Shown piece by piece: positions 36,823 to 51,947 of a stretch of 64,000 bases of DNA. The DNA comes from Tubulanus polymorphus. Taxonomy: Eukaryota > Animalia > Nemertea. Position 1 is the stretch's first letter, and each line of letters starts with the position of its first letter. Where the stretch lies: NCBI RefSeq assembly GCF_964204645.1, contig NC_134036.1:2666001-2730000 (forward strand), given 5' to 3'. The notes under the pieces were generated by a model. The model saw only the letters and a program-made list of their open reading frames with translations, did no database searches and had not been told where the DNA came from. The position numbers were made by a program, and so were the translations under genes.

Positions 36823-39800
36823 ATGTCTTTCATTCCTGTTGCTGCTGATAGTGATTTCTCCGTTCAGAATTTGCCGTACGGAGTTTTCTCAACCGCTCAA
36901 AACGTGAGTTTCTCGGACCCCCCCCCCCCCCCCACCACCGGCACCAGCCCGGTCACACACGAGTCTCACTCAGCGAGTCTCGCTGAATCTGGAAATGAAT
37001 TGGGTTTGGGCCTCATGCATCTCACTAATGAAAATCATTTAAAAATGACTAGTAAGAAAAATTAATAGTCATCATGATGTGTACGGTAATCACCCAGACC
37101 CCCGTTGTTATTTTCACAGTGTCATAGGTTGTGAAAACGTTAAAAATGCACATAGGCTATAGAAAACCCGGTCTACTCAATTCAATTCTGTAAATTTACT
37201 GATACTTTATGTTTGCCGATTATCAATGAACAAGCCAACAAATATCTTGCCGAGGACACTACAGTAATGTATAGGGTTTGAACCCACGACCTGGCTTCCC
37301 AGAAATGTACGCTCTAACCATTGGCCCACACCGCTCGCTTTTTTGATGTTTTAAAAGAGCTAAATCTAAAGTCAGGTTGTGAGCTAACCCAACCTATAAA
37401 AAGGCTCAGGCCGTCTCTTAAGACCCACTAAGGTTACACTGTTACTCGCAGTTGGGACGTAAAACTCTTCTAAACAGTTCTCTGTTGTATTGCTGAAGGT
37501 TCTCGACTGCGTCTGCGTTCTTTCAGCTCTCTCAGACGAGGTTTTTCTTTGGGCACCCAGACATGATGAGAAGACTCGTAGAGTAGTCGTGTTAACCGGG
37601 TTTAGAATAAATAACATGACGAGTTAGTACTTAATAGGTTAACTATTTATTTGACGCACAAGCTTTCGCTTCTAATGTATAGAAGCTTCATCAGGTGAAT
37701 GAGTCAGTCACTCATTTACCCGATGATTCACCTATATAGTACTACTCCTCTCGTTATTTGGGCCCTCCCAATAAAGTTACATAGTAAGCAATTGTTTTCC
37801 TACAGTTTGTTGATTGTATTTTGTTTATATTTGTAGTCGACTCATCGTATTGGAGTTGCTATTGGAGATCAGGTGTTAGATTTAAGCGTTATCGTCCATC
37901 TGTTCGACGGACCGGAATTATCAGACAAGAACAATGTTTTTCTGGAGGTCAGTTTTATTCATGTTCGTCGCTTGATGATTTTGAGAATTTAAACAAAAAG
38001 AAAATGGAGACTGGTGTCATGTAATCATTAAGATTGCACTGGACATAGAAATGTCCATATCAAACAGGAAAAAAAAGGTCTCCAACTCAATTGACTAGAA
38101 AAAATGTTAAAACCAGTCCATAAATCCGCCAAGGGGTTTACTGAGATATATGATAATCTTCTTCTAGTAAATTTAAACCCTTTCAGTGCTGATTACCCTA
38201 TAGTGCTGGAGATCTTTTGAAAAATTCCACCTTAGTGTGTTTAATAACGGGAATACCACTACAATGCGTCTACACCGCGGTGCAGTGTATCATTAGTTAC
38301 TTATATTTCACTATGTTTGACAGGTGCTGCCATTTTTTAAGAGAGATAATTACTTACATCAATACACCGCATTGCAGTGTACTAGAAAAATCTATCACTG
38401 ATTCATACACTGCTCTGCGGTGTAGATGCACTGAAAGGGTTAAGCCTACATTATGATGAAGCTCTCTCTTTTTTCAGCCGACTTTGAATAAATTCATGGC
38501 TCTCGGACACCTCGCGTGGTCTGAGGCTCGTAAAAGGATTCAGGAACTACTCTGTCCCGACCACCGGGAACTACGAGACAATGGGGAACTCTGTAGCAAG
38601 TAAGTCACTCCGTTCCAGTCACCATCCCGGATGCTCCTATGGGGTCCCTATGAATCCTTGTTTCTTTATGAACTCCTTCTTATAGTGCTTCAAAGGTGAT
38701 TAAACTCCTTTGCTTTGAGCAAAATGCCTGAAACTTTTTGAAAACTCCTTACACCCTAGAATGACTGATGTGTAGGGACTGACACTCCTTACTCAAGACA
38801 ACATTTTGATTTTAAAGCTGGTTTCATTATTTTCAGGGCATTTGTCGACATGAATGCGGTTACCATGCATTTACCTGCAGATATCGGTAAGCAAATCTAA
38901 TATGTCCAGCTGTGAAAATATGTCTTATAAATCAGAATTGATTTCTTCAAATTGAGAAAAATCATTTTTAGATCAGGATCCAGTTCCACAGTTTGGAGTT
39001 AGGATTTGAAACAAGATTTGAAACATTGACAATGAACTAATTCTAACTTGGAGTTAACTCTATAACTACTGTGGAACCGGGTCCTGGTCTTCAAAACTGA
39101 GAATTGTTAGGACATAATTAAATATCAATTGAGAAACAAAATTAAGAAAAATATTGTAGATAATGTCTTCAAAAATGAGAATGAAATGAAATTTTATTTT
39201 GATGAAAAGAAAAACTCATTGAGAGTGATATAAGAAACATCATTGAATGGGAATTAAAAAAAGGTTCACAAAATGAAAAAAAAGAAAGGTTATGGAAAAT
39301 AAATTTTTTGAAGAAGATTTCAAAAAATTAGAGAAAATTGAATGTTTTAAATAATATGTTTTGCAGGTGATTATACGGATTTCTATTCATCGAGGGAACA
39401 CGCTACGAACGTAGGGACGATGTTCCGCGGTAAAGACAACGCTCTGATGCCGAACTGGCTTCATTTACCGGTCGGTTACCACGGTCGCGCGTCGTCCGTG
39501 GTCGTCTCCGGTACGCCGATCAGACGCCCGAACGGGCAAACCAGACCCAACGAAGGTAAGATACGAGAATTGAACCTCCTTGTATTTCACACGGTTCATG
39601 GCAAAATATGCGGTTCATATGCAGCTAAAAATGCTGAGTTTTGATGATGTGGCTTTCAATTTACCATTGCTCAAAGATTTCCGGTTTTCTTGTTCGTGAA
39701 ATGATGAACTAATGTAATATTTCAGCCGAGCCTCCAGTGTACGGACCGTGTAAACTGATGGACATCGAATTAGAAATGGCTTTTTTCACCGGACCAGGAA

Positions 39801-42800
39801 ACGAACTCGGTCAGCCGATACCTATAGAGAAAGCTCATGAACACATCTTCGGAATGGTTCTGATGAATGATTGGAGCGGTATGTTTAGTTTTATACAGTT
39901 CTATTGTCAATCAAAACTTCACATGCGTTAAGGACTTCATCTGAGACACTTTTAATTGAAAATGAACTACAAACACCAGACATTTTATCAGCCAACTTTT
40001 AAAAACTGATCGTCCACACTTCACATGTGTTCTGAACTTCATCTGAGACATTTCTAATTGAAAATGAACTACAAACACCAGACATTTTATCAGCTAACTT
40101 CCAGAAACTGATCGTCCACACTTCAATGTGTTTAGTACTTCATCTGAGACATTTCTAATTGAAAATGAACTACAAACACCAGATATTAGACATTTTATCA
40201 GCACACTTTCAAAAACTGATCGTCCACACTTCACATGTGTTCAGTGCTTCATCTGAGACATTTCTAATTGAAAATGAACTACAGACACTAGACATTTTAT
40301 CAGAACAATTTCATAAACTGATCATCCACACTTCACATGTATTTTCATCTGAGACATTTTATTATCTATGATTTCAGCACGAGACATACAGAAGTGGGAG
40401 TACGTTCCGTTGGGTCCGTTCCTCGGTAAGAATCTCGGTACGTCGATCTCGCCGTGGGTCGTACCGATGGAAGCTCTCATGCCGTTCGTTTGTCCAAATC
40501 CGGTTCAAGAACCGAAACCTCTCTCGTATTTACAACACAGCGATCCGTTCTCATTCGACATCAATTTACAAGTTCAAATCAAACGTAAGTGATCACAGAC
40601 TGACAGGTTTGCGTGATAACAGTGATAAATGGTTAAGTACTTGTTTGGACAATGGAGTTTATTCGTCATAAGTTATTGTAAAAAATGATAGGATTGTGTT
40701 TGATTTTAGTCTCGATGGTGATGAAAAAGATTTAGCGATGGTGATTTGTACAATGTATTGATAATTTGCTACAGCAAATTCGAAAATTGAATGTTGTAGG
40801 TTTTGATCGAAAGAATTACCCTGGGTTTCATAAAGACAATTGTTGTAGGTTGCTGTGGCTACCACTGCATTCTATGTTACTCGTGCTCAGATTTACCCAA
40901 ATTCAAGCCTTGTGACAGAGTTTAACTGATCTGAAAAATGCCGGAATTCTAATTCTTTTCTCCACGATAAATTTCAGCTCATGAAGGCAAAACCGCGTCG
41001 ACAGTTTGTAAATCTAACTTCAAGGTAAATTGAATGAAACCCACGAGTGATCGTGTAAATTAGGTCAGTCGTTTAGAATAAATGAAATATCGATGTTTGT
41101 TGTTGTTTGTAGTATATGTATTGGACGATGAAACAACAATTAGCTCATCACACGTGCACCGGATGTAACATCCGACCTGGAGATTTACTCGCATCCGGAA
41201 CTATCAGCGGTCCGGTAAGTTATGTTAACTCATCGTACGACCTCTAATTACGTCATGACTTTTATAAAAGATGGCTGCTTTCATAAGTTCTCCAATGACA
41301 TCATCATCAAATCAATGTGTTGATTACTAGCAAAGATGTCCGTCCCCATAAATCATCCTATAGATGTGGCAAGCAATATAGAGCACTACAGAAAAGATGG
41401 CTGCCTCCATAAATCCATCTATGACATCATCAAATTGACGGTACTGATTAAAAATTACTAGCAAAGATGTCTGCCTCCATAAATCCACCTATCGATGATG
41501 TGGTAATACAGATTGCTACAGGAAAGATGTCCACCTCCATAGATCCTTCTATGATGTCATCAAATTAATGTGGTGATACACAGATACTCGCAGAAAAGAT
41601 GTCTGCCTGGATAAATGACGTCATCACCCTTCCTCGTATTTCTTCACAAGTTGTTCAATCCAATCTATTCTTATTATTTTCAGAGTGAAGATTCGTTCGG
41701 GTCTCTGTTGGAACTGTGTTGGAAGGGAACGAAACCGATCGCCCTCGACGACGGAATCTCGAGGAAATTCTTACAGGACAACGACGAAGTTATCATGACA
41801 GGTGCGTTACAACACATCGTGTGCACGAGATCAGCTGCAGCTGCAGTTTAACGAAATTCCAATTCAGAGTTTATGAATTTATTTTTGTTTTGTTTATTGA
41901 GCATCCATCGAACCCGCTTGATCTTGATCAATTGTCATACCGGTAATAGGCTGTTCCACAGTTGGTTGGTCATATTTAATTCTAGCATGAACAAAAAAAA
42001 TATTTCAACTTGACTGAAAACAGCAGAATCAATCAAACGTCTCAGTCTAACTCAAATAGAGTTTTCATATATCGTCCACTAGTTGAAGTCCTTACAGTCC
42101 GTAAACCTCTGTGTGAATTACATGATGAATGATCCGAATTAAGCGGTGTTTTTGCAGTTTTAAAAACTATTTTTATTTTGAATTAGAATTATTCGTCACG
42201 TTCATGAAGTACATATGCAAGCGAAGAAGTATTTTAATTTTGATTTTCAACCACTTTCCCCACATTTACCCAATTTTCGACATTTCATGTATTGAATGTG
42301 GGGGGAAGTTGCCAAATTGTGACATGGTTGCATATGTAGTTTATGAATGTTTCCTAACTCCGCAGTTCTTACAGATCAGGAAAATCATGAAAAATTTGGA
42401 AATGTTTGTTTAGGGAATTTGAATTTTTGGTGTCTTGTTGTTCTTGCTGCTGGTGACGAGTGGCACAAGGAATCTCTTGATAACCAACTGAATTGCCCTT
42501 ACTGAGAATATCTTAAATTCAGGATATTTCATATTCATATTTCTCTGCAGAGAAAATCAGGGAATTAGCTTTTAAGGGGTTAACTTTTAGTTCGAATTAT
42601 CACCTTATTCGAATTGAAAGGTAATCCCCTTCGTGAAACTGGACCCAGTAAAGAAAATCAGGTTATTTCGGACTTCGGAAAATCAGGGAATTTGAATCTT
42701 TGGTTTCTGGTTGTTCTTGCTGGTGGTGCAATGAACCTCTTGAAAAGAAACAACCCTCACTGAGGATATCTTAAAATTTAATTGGAAAATTTTCAGTCAA

Positions 42801-43026
42801 GGGTCAGAGAAAATCGAAATTTCGGATTCCCTGGTCTGTAAGAACCCTCTTTTACTTCGATTATTTTAAAATGACGAGAGTTTCGTCCGAAATATTCAAA
42901 CAGAAATAGCCTATTTCAATTTTTTTTTTTTTCATTCTCTTTGTTGCAGGTTATTGCCAAGGCGATGGTTACCGGGTCGGTTTCGGAGAGTGTCGCGGTC
43001 AGATTCTGCCGGCTAATCCCGTTTAA
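36823..43026 (+). CDS. FAH: Fumarylacetoacetase, 11 exons, 418 aa
   Basis: Exons 36823-36903, 37837-37947, 38478-38599, 38837-38886, 39367-39555, 39726-39878, 40378-40584, 40978-41024, 41113-41214, 41684-41801, 42950-43026. Motifs [82 protein letters not shown]. Confidence 0.98.
37235..37336 (-). mobile_element. tRNA-derived SINE head with CORE-like segment
   Basis: Minus strand gagcggtgtgggccaatggttagagcg (A box) ... ggttcaaaccc (B box) ... gtgtcctcggcaagatattt. Confidence 0.65.
37605..37760 (-). mobile_element. Penelope-like remnant with hammerhead-like core, FAH intron 1
   Basis: Minus strand CTGATGA-a-GCTTCTA-tacat-TAGAAGC-GAAA-gcttgtgcgtc (37694-37653); flanks form an imperfect inverted repeat. 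Confidence 0.55.
38178..38439. mobile_element. piggyBac-like MITE
   Basis: CCCTTTCAGTGC...GCACTGAAAGGG followed by TTAA; TTAA(A) on the left. Confidence 0.7.
39935..40360 (-). repeat. Same ~109-bp minisatellite family, reverse orientation, FAH intron 6
   Basis: Reverse complement of the 2160-2565 unit, about 4 copies. Confidence 0.93.
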
Positions 43027-45084
43027 ATCGGATTGAGACAATAACGCTCACTCCCTCTAACTTACCCCGCTACAACAATACAATAACCTCTCGAGTATTA
43101 GTTACCACGGTAACGTTGTAGTTACCGAGTGCGTTTATAGTTACCGTGGTAACGGATTTATTGATCTCTTTTGTTTTCGACTAGATTTATTTTCATTTGT
43201 ATACATGAGCAGGGTGGAGACCCAGTTCTCATAGGATTTCGTTTTTCGTTATGAAGAATTTCTTTTTTTTTAATTGAGTCTTGAATTTTTTTATCCCAGA
43301 ACTAAAACTAAAACTACAGAATTTTCAATGCATCTCTGAATATTCCAATATTAACTTCTGAATCTGAACAAAATCATCAATAGCCCCTCGAAAAAATTCT
43401 TTAAATAGCCCCTAAAAATGGCTGCTTGCTTTTGAATCTCCATGTGACATCACAAACAAAACTTAATGAGTATCAGATTTGAACTGGGTCCCACATTAGT
43501 CGACTTAATAACCTCAGATCTGTGTTCAACTCCACTCTGGTCAATTTGTTACTTTCTACTGTAGCACAGAGGGTTGTCACCGGGCTCAAAAAATCTATAA
43601 CCACTTTCTTATAGGTGGTACTAACTTACGATACTGGGGTCGGTTCCATAGTTGAGACTTAAAACTGAAATTGGTCTTAAATCTTAAGACTGGTCTTAAT
43701 TCTTTAGATTGGCTTCATAACTAAGATGGTCTTAAAGTGGTCCTAAATCTATGCCCTGATTATAGTGCTGGCCCCGGCATCAAATGTTTCATTTTGGTCC
43801 GCCGGCTTAATGTGTGTGACAAGCCCCTGTGAATTGTAGCATGAGTTCTGTTACCCACTATTAAAACACATGTTTGTGCTAAGTTTATAGTTAATGTGCT
43901 CAGTGTAAAAAATATATCAATCATTGCTAAAAAAAACATTCCATATATACACATTCTGGGGGCCCGTTTCATAGTTCGATTCGAAATCTCGTTGAATTAT
44001 GTTAGTGAAAGTATTGTGTCATTATAACTATTGAAACGGCCCCCTAGTTTGGCCGCGGCGCTGTTGTGGCTTAATATTCTTTAAATATCGTGAAATTCGA
44101 TTACCAATTTATGATCGTCTTAATCATTGTTTTAATATAACAACGAATTGAGCTATAGTGATTTGTAGATTTAGTAAATAGCGCACCTGCGTGTGATACC
44201 TGTGGTTATGGTTTAATTATGTAGATACTGAGTGTACCTGCGTTCGTGGTACCTGTTTACTGGTTATGGTTGAGAGATGCTATATCTGTACTAGTCGCGT
44301 GTTTGAAATAAAGAAATCATTAATTAAAATTGCTGAAATTAAATTTGAGTTTTTTTGCTGATTTTAATTCTATTTCGTTTCGCAGTCGAGATTTAAATCA
44401 ACCTAGATCAACTGGTTTTATATCATATATCCTTGACCTTGCTGATGCTGATGAAGGTTCGAACCCTGAAATGAATGCGTTGGGTTTGAGGTAAGTGATG
44501 CTTTATTTTACGCATGTTTATGCATTCCAGGGTCCCTGAAATTAAAGTCATAAAGAATTTAGAAATAAGAGTGAATTGAGGCGTGTCCATACAAGTGTCT
44601 GCATGAATGATTGATTCAAACTACATTTTCAACTTTCAAATCATTCAATTTTACTTTGAGGAATCAAAACAGTTCGAAATCGTTGGTGATATATATGGAC
44701 TAAAGTTCAGTTTATAAATGACAAATGTTCAGAATATTCAGCGTCTAAAACCTAAAAAGTTGTTCTTCCTCTAAAAGAATGTCGCACGACACACGCCATC
44801 CGTCCATGAAATCTTAAAACGTCTAAATCCATCCAGTTGCCTTCATAGATATTACATAAATGTGAGGTTTAATGAAATAATGGTTTCACAATGAGTTTAT
44901 TGAATATCTTATCAGATATATGCATTCCCCAAATTTGCTATATATCAATATTTTAGGCCTGATATTTAATTTGATTGATGCATCAATTCTATCTAACTGG
45001 CATACACGTCGATGTCTGTTGGGTTCACATAAAATTTGATTAGAATATCTTACTGGTCCGAGAAAAGTGAAATAAAGCGACCTC

Positions 45085-45560
45085 AGCTCAGTAGCTCAGT
45101 GGGACAAGGCGTGATGATGTTGCAATCACTATCAGTGTAGGAGGAGGTGGTGGCCATCTCTGGATTCGGGCTATCAACGGAGAGTTTGAGCGATCATCTA
45201 GTAGGCCGAATTATCAAACCCCCATATAAAACCTCTCTACCGATCACGAAATTCCCCATCCTCGCTTGCCAGGAGTCCGGTATCGCTCCCCAACTCGCTT
45301 CCACCAGCCCACTGCCTCACGACGCGTGGGAATACTTACAGAAGTTTAATGTTTGTTACAAGCGCTGTGATTGGCCCGACCTGATTCTGGTCGGCTAGTA
45401 ACGACTTCAACCACTCGTGAGGTCAAGGGGTTCGGGGAACAGCTTAAGCGTAGTGGGTTCGAATCCCTCATCCTCCCCAGGCAGGGATTCGAACCTGATG
45501 GTATCGAGATTGCCAAGGTACGATACCCTGCCACACTAGACCGAGAGCGCAGCTTAGATG
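45085..45560. mobile_element. Composite of SINE/MITE fragments
   Basis: SINE 5' end at 45085; catcctcgcttgccagg MITE end at 45257; opposed B boxes at 45456-45466 (+) and 45485-45495 (-). Confidence 0.5.
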
Positions 45561-45624
45561 ATGTCATTATTAGCCAATCAGAAATCCCGTTTTATTTTAA
45601 CTCGGGTCTTCCTTGAAATTTGCC

Positions 45625-46743
45625 TTAGCGATTATACAACGAGCATGGAAATTCCCTACATTTTCTAGACGGCATTTCCACCACCAGATAGTGCGCTGTC
45701 ACTTTGAACTTCGCGTTCGTCAGACAGTAAATATAAAAGTTCACATTCGAGTCGACGAGTGTGCCACCTATCGCCAGTTTTAGGAACTCCGTTGAGAATT
45801 GGCCGCCGTGTCCGAGCAAACCGGCGCGATACAGCCGATGAAACAAATGCGGTGACTCGAGAATCATATAAGCGATCACCACGCTTGCGGCCATCTTTAA
45901 AATATGTTTTTCTTTATTCAATGATGATGGCGGCGGCGGAATTTCGTTCGAGGTTAAGAGGCGATTTTGTCTTATTTTCCCGGCGAATAAAACGGCGATT
46001 AGGGCCGTGTTAATCGCGATTAGGCTCAGGATCGGTACGCCGCAAACGGCTACCAACGTCACCCAGTAGTCGGTGAAGTGTATCCATCCAAGAAATAGCG
46101 CCGTTTGCGTGAACTGATATCTACCGTCGCGCATCATGAAATAGTACGAGTTTGGCTGGGGGTTACAGCGGCGCCACCTGAGCGGGTTACGCGGAACTAT
46201 CGACGGAAACCTGGCCACGAAAGCGAACAGGTTCACGACGACCAGCGCGGCGTTGACGACCGAACGCGTCCAGAATAGGCGCGATTTCAGCGGGAATGCC
46301 ACGACTACCAACCGTTCGAAGCTGAGCAACACGACGCACCAGTTGCGCACCAGTACAAACACGGCGTACAATCCGACGGTAACGGTAATGAACTCCCATC
46401 CGTAAGCGTAATCGTCAACTCTGAACACGAGGTCGCCGAGAATGTGGTAGACACGCGCCGTTCGCAGTGGGTACAGACAGAACGCGCACGCCGAGTACAT
46501 CGCGTCATATACGGCTAAAACTTTGATGATGTAATACGACGCTGAAGTTCGTGCCATTCTGTGCAGCACGACCAAAGTCAGAACGTTCAAACCCATTCCC
46601 GATACGGTCACCGGCCCGTAGAATGCGAGATATAAATATACGCTGAATTTGTGTTTCCATTTGAAACTGTTTGTGGCAGCGAGCTCCCGACACCAGTCGA
46701 TCACGTGACTAAGTGGTAACTGTGACGTAGTGTTATTATTCAT
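45625..46743 (-). CDS. Class A GPCR with intronless CDS (FMRFamide-receptor-like/orphan peptide or chemosensory type), 372 aa
   Basis: Seven hydrophobic segments; GxxLN in TM1, LAVYD in TM2, LLSFERLVVVAFPLK at the end of TM3, NFYIYCL in TM7; N-terminal NxT glycosylation site. Confidence 0.88.
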   Translation of the reverse strand: MNNNTTSQLPLSHVIDWCRELAATNSFKWKHKFSVYLYLAFYGPVTVSGMGLNVLTLVVLHRMARTSASYYIIKVLAVYDAMYSACAFCLYPLRTARVYHILGDLVFRVDDYAYGWEFITVTVGLYAVFVLVRNWCVVLLSFERLVVVAFPLKSRLFWTRSVVNAALVVVNLFAFVARFPSIVPRNPLRWRRCNPQPNSYYFMMRDGRYQFTQTALFLGWIHFTDYWVTLVAVCGVPILSLIAINTALIAVLFAGKIRQNRLLTSNEIPPPPSSLNKEKHILKMAASVVIAYMILESPHLFHRLYRAGLLGHGGQFSTEFLKLAIGGTLVDSNVNFYIYCLTNAKFKVTAHYLVVEMPSRKCREFPCSLYNR

Positions 46744-47659
46744 TCTCTTCCGATCACATGTGCACCTATCGGGTTCACCAAGAACCTTAGTTATTGATGT
46801 ACAGTGGTTACACTAGAATCGTAGAGCGACGGAGATCACTGTGGAAACAACCTTTTCCAGGACTATGCTGTTAAGCGTCATCCAGCTTATATTGTTTATA
46901 TACGTGATTCAAAATCGAAATTCCCCTAGTCTTTTTTTCTTGATCGTCAAAATTCTTTAAAGTGTCATCTTATCAATGGCACACCGGCAACACTACTGTG
47001 GCAAGCGAGGCCTCTGCCAGGTGTTGCTAGTGGTTACTGAGTTGCCGCGCATTAATTTCTTCTACATTTAAATTCGAATCAACTTTTCTCATAAGTAAAA
47101 CAACTTTTAGTGAAATGTATACCATAAATTAAGTATCAGTCTAAACTAACTTTTTGGTTCGATGCATAGTCAGTCTAACGACCTAAGAATTGCCTGATTA
47201 GTTTTATCCATTCAAAGAATTGTTTCATAATTTTCGAATTTGGAAGTCAAAATTGGTGGTAACCAATATTCTTATATATCTGTGGTGCGTATCGTATATA
47301 TAGCCGGAAGGTCTGGTAAACTATTTTATTTTCTGCGTTTAGTGAAGCGTAATTTCTAGTAGAAAATAAATCGGTACTTTTATATTTACTTAATCCTTAT
47401 GGAAATAAGTACTTGAACACTTTCGATGCGAAATTAGTCTTAACGAAATGCCGATCCTCGCTATTTATTGTTTGATTATTTGGTAAATGAATTCATAGCA
47501 ACATTCCAATTTTTAACAAAGGGCCTACTAGAATTTTGCGAAATTTTACGTTTGAAAAATGTACGATGAATGAACTGAAGAAAATAAAAAAGAAAATCAA
47601 TTCGGGTTGAATATTTTAATCGACCGAGGAATGTAACATTTCTGAATTTAGTTTTCAAA

Positions 47660-49273
<1,614 letters not shown>

Positions 49274-49483
49274 TCATCGCCTCATACCAGCGTCGAACTG
49301 CTTATTTTTGTGGCCAGGTATCGTCAGCCCACCTTTCTCCTGACAATCTACAAACCTTAAACCATCTCTTCGTGATATCAAATACAAACCTCTTCATCTT
49401 TATTCACGGATATCTTCCTTCACTTCCCTTCACAGCGCTTTGGTTGGAACTTCTTTTTTATTTCCTCTGAGAATAGTATAATA

Positions 49484-49495
49484 GCCCTTTATATG
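49484..49495 (-). promoter_or_regulatory. Candidate TATA box for the antistasin-like gene
   Basis: CATATAAAGGGC on the minus strand, about 215 bp upstream of the ATG at 49273. Confidence 0.45.
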
Positions 49496-49739
49496 TTAGG
49501 CGCACATTGAGAAAGTCGTCAATGCTGGTCAGCTTGGTGGCCAGTTTGAATATTCGGACGTTTCAATCACATCTGTTGTCGTAGTCTGTTTCCTCATGTT
49601 TGGTTTTAGATAATTGTTGGGACATCTTCTGCGCCGTTGCACGATTACAGCACGGTAGCGCGAATCAACATTTCTGCTCAAACTCTCTCTCAATATGTGG
49701 TGTGTAGGCCTTTTACAATTATTTCGGATGATTGTAATG

Positions 49740-49883
<144 letters not shown>

Positions 49884-51458
49884 TTGATATCAATAATCAT
49901 ATATCGTAAATTTTGAATTAGATAGAAATTATGGCGACACATTTTGAAACTTATGTTTGTCCGGAGTTGAGTCGAGTAGGGGATGCAAGCCGGTTGAAGA
50001 TCCTTCTTTTCGCACAACCGAAACGGGGATATTCTGGTTCCTAGATAAATCTGTATGATCTCAAGACTCATGAAATTCATGATCCACATTTAAACACAGT
50101 CTTGAAACACCTGTTTTTCTGTAAAGTGTATGGACTATCGATGCATTTTTATATCTTTTTGAATGAATTGAATACTCAGTCTTCTAAACAAGTGAAAATT
50201 GTGGCACATGGCCTAAGTCCGTTAGATAATGTTAAGTGGAACCTCGTTGATATGAGTCTTCTCTACGTATTCTTTGAGATTTGTCTTAAATGAATGTCCT
50301 TAAATTTTTTTTGCACCTTATAAAGTGTTGTTTCTTTTAGAAATAGAATCGGTACTTTTACCTTCACTTAGTCGATACAAAATAAGTACTTTCGGTTTTT
50401 CAATAAGAAAGTAATCTTAACGAAAAACCAATTCGAATAGAGGAAACTTATATATCATATGCCTATCTAATGCTTTAAGGTTAAATGGAATTCGAAAACC
50501 GAGTGAAGGCCTCACGTCGATTAATGCGCCATCTAATGGTGGAAATATCAAAATATATCACTATGGCGATAACCTTTTGTTTATGTATAAAATTTGTTTT
50601 ATTGATTCCATAAATAAAAGCATACAATATATTGATAGATTGATTCGTACGTTTATACATAACATACATTTTATAAAGCAGCTCAAAGAGGAACACCACT
50701 GAAAAAAAGCATTTATTCATTTGTATTTGGGTGATATCCAAATATATGTTGGGATTTTAGTTTTATTTCTAGATGGATAGATAGATATTTATTTTTGCTT
50801 AAACCGTACATACAATATAAATGATAATCGATCCAATTTTTTTAAAATTTTAATTCTATGATTTTTCATAAGTAAATATGCTTTATTAATAAACTACTTT
50901 TTTCAATTAAAACTATATACCAAAAAGTCGTATGTGTAAAGCTAAACATATAGGGCCAGTGTTGCTCAAAAATTGGTTAAAGATAACTGGTGGATAGATA
51001 CCATCGTAACATTGAACTTTTAATTATCACCATGTCAACTATCCTCTGGTTAACTCTATCCAACTTTTGACCAACTTTTCCAACATTTTTGTCAACAAGT
51101 CTAATTTCAAACTTCAAGACTGAACTTGCATTTCAAAGTTCTATAGCGAAGTTATTCTATTTGACCAGAGGCTAATTGATTAGAGTATTGACGATCACGT
51201 CGAGACTTCTACAGAAGTGTTTACGAACTTAAAAATATCGATTGGAATGTATACAGTCATACTGAGGACGCGAGTTGTATAAAATCATTAGTGTAGATTA
51301 TTTACACGTTTTTCTTAAGGAAATAAAATACTTTCAGGCAAACGTTATAAAAAATTGATGCATCGATAATTTAAAACGTTGCACTTTTGGACGAAGCGTT
51401 TCAAGTCCTGAGCAGGCTTCTACAACTGGCAAAAATTCAATATAATTTACATATCCAC

Positions 51459-51578
<120 letters not shown>

Positions 51579-51761
51579 ATTAGCAGGCCATTATTATATA
51601 TAATATCCATTAGCAGGATGCTAATCACCAAGAAAATTTCGACTTATATATTTCTTCCCGAACCTCGAAATCTTTTGTTGCCGGTTTTTCAATTAATCGT
51701 TTCCTTTCTTTGTCATTGAATGAAACCAAAACGGGTCAGAGACATGTCCAATTAAAGAGGC

Positions 51762-51932
51762 GCATCCTCGCTTTCGAGGGTTTGATTGCCTCCCACCGAA
51801 GCTCACGCCAACATAAACCCCTGCCGCAGACCCTCCATCGCTTTATCACACGTTCAAAGATTATTTGGTGGAAAAGGTTGCCATTCAGCGGCCACCAGTC
51901 TATAGCCAATTGAACCCTGGCTAGCGAGGATG
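51762..51932. mobile_element. MITE in the Ly6 gene 3' UTR; fragments also at 45257 and 62288
   Basis: TIR catcctcgct..c.agggtt / aaccctggctagcgaggatg; internal gcctcc..ccgaagctca.gccaaca shared with 62288-62345. Confidence 0.7.
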
Positions 51933-51947
51933 ACATCCTAGGGGGCG

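Noticed and set aside
25200-45500. tRNA genes at B-box motifs (25281, about 37275, 45456, 45485)
   Set aside because: No complete cloverleaf or acceptor stem visible; better explained as SINE heads.
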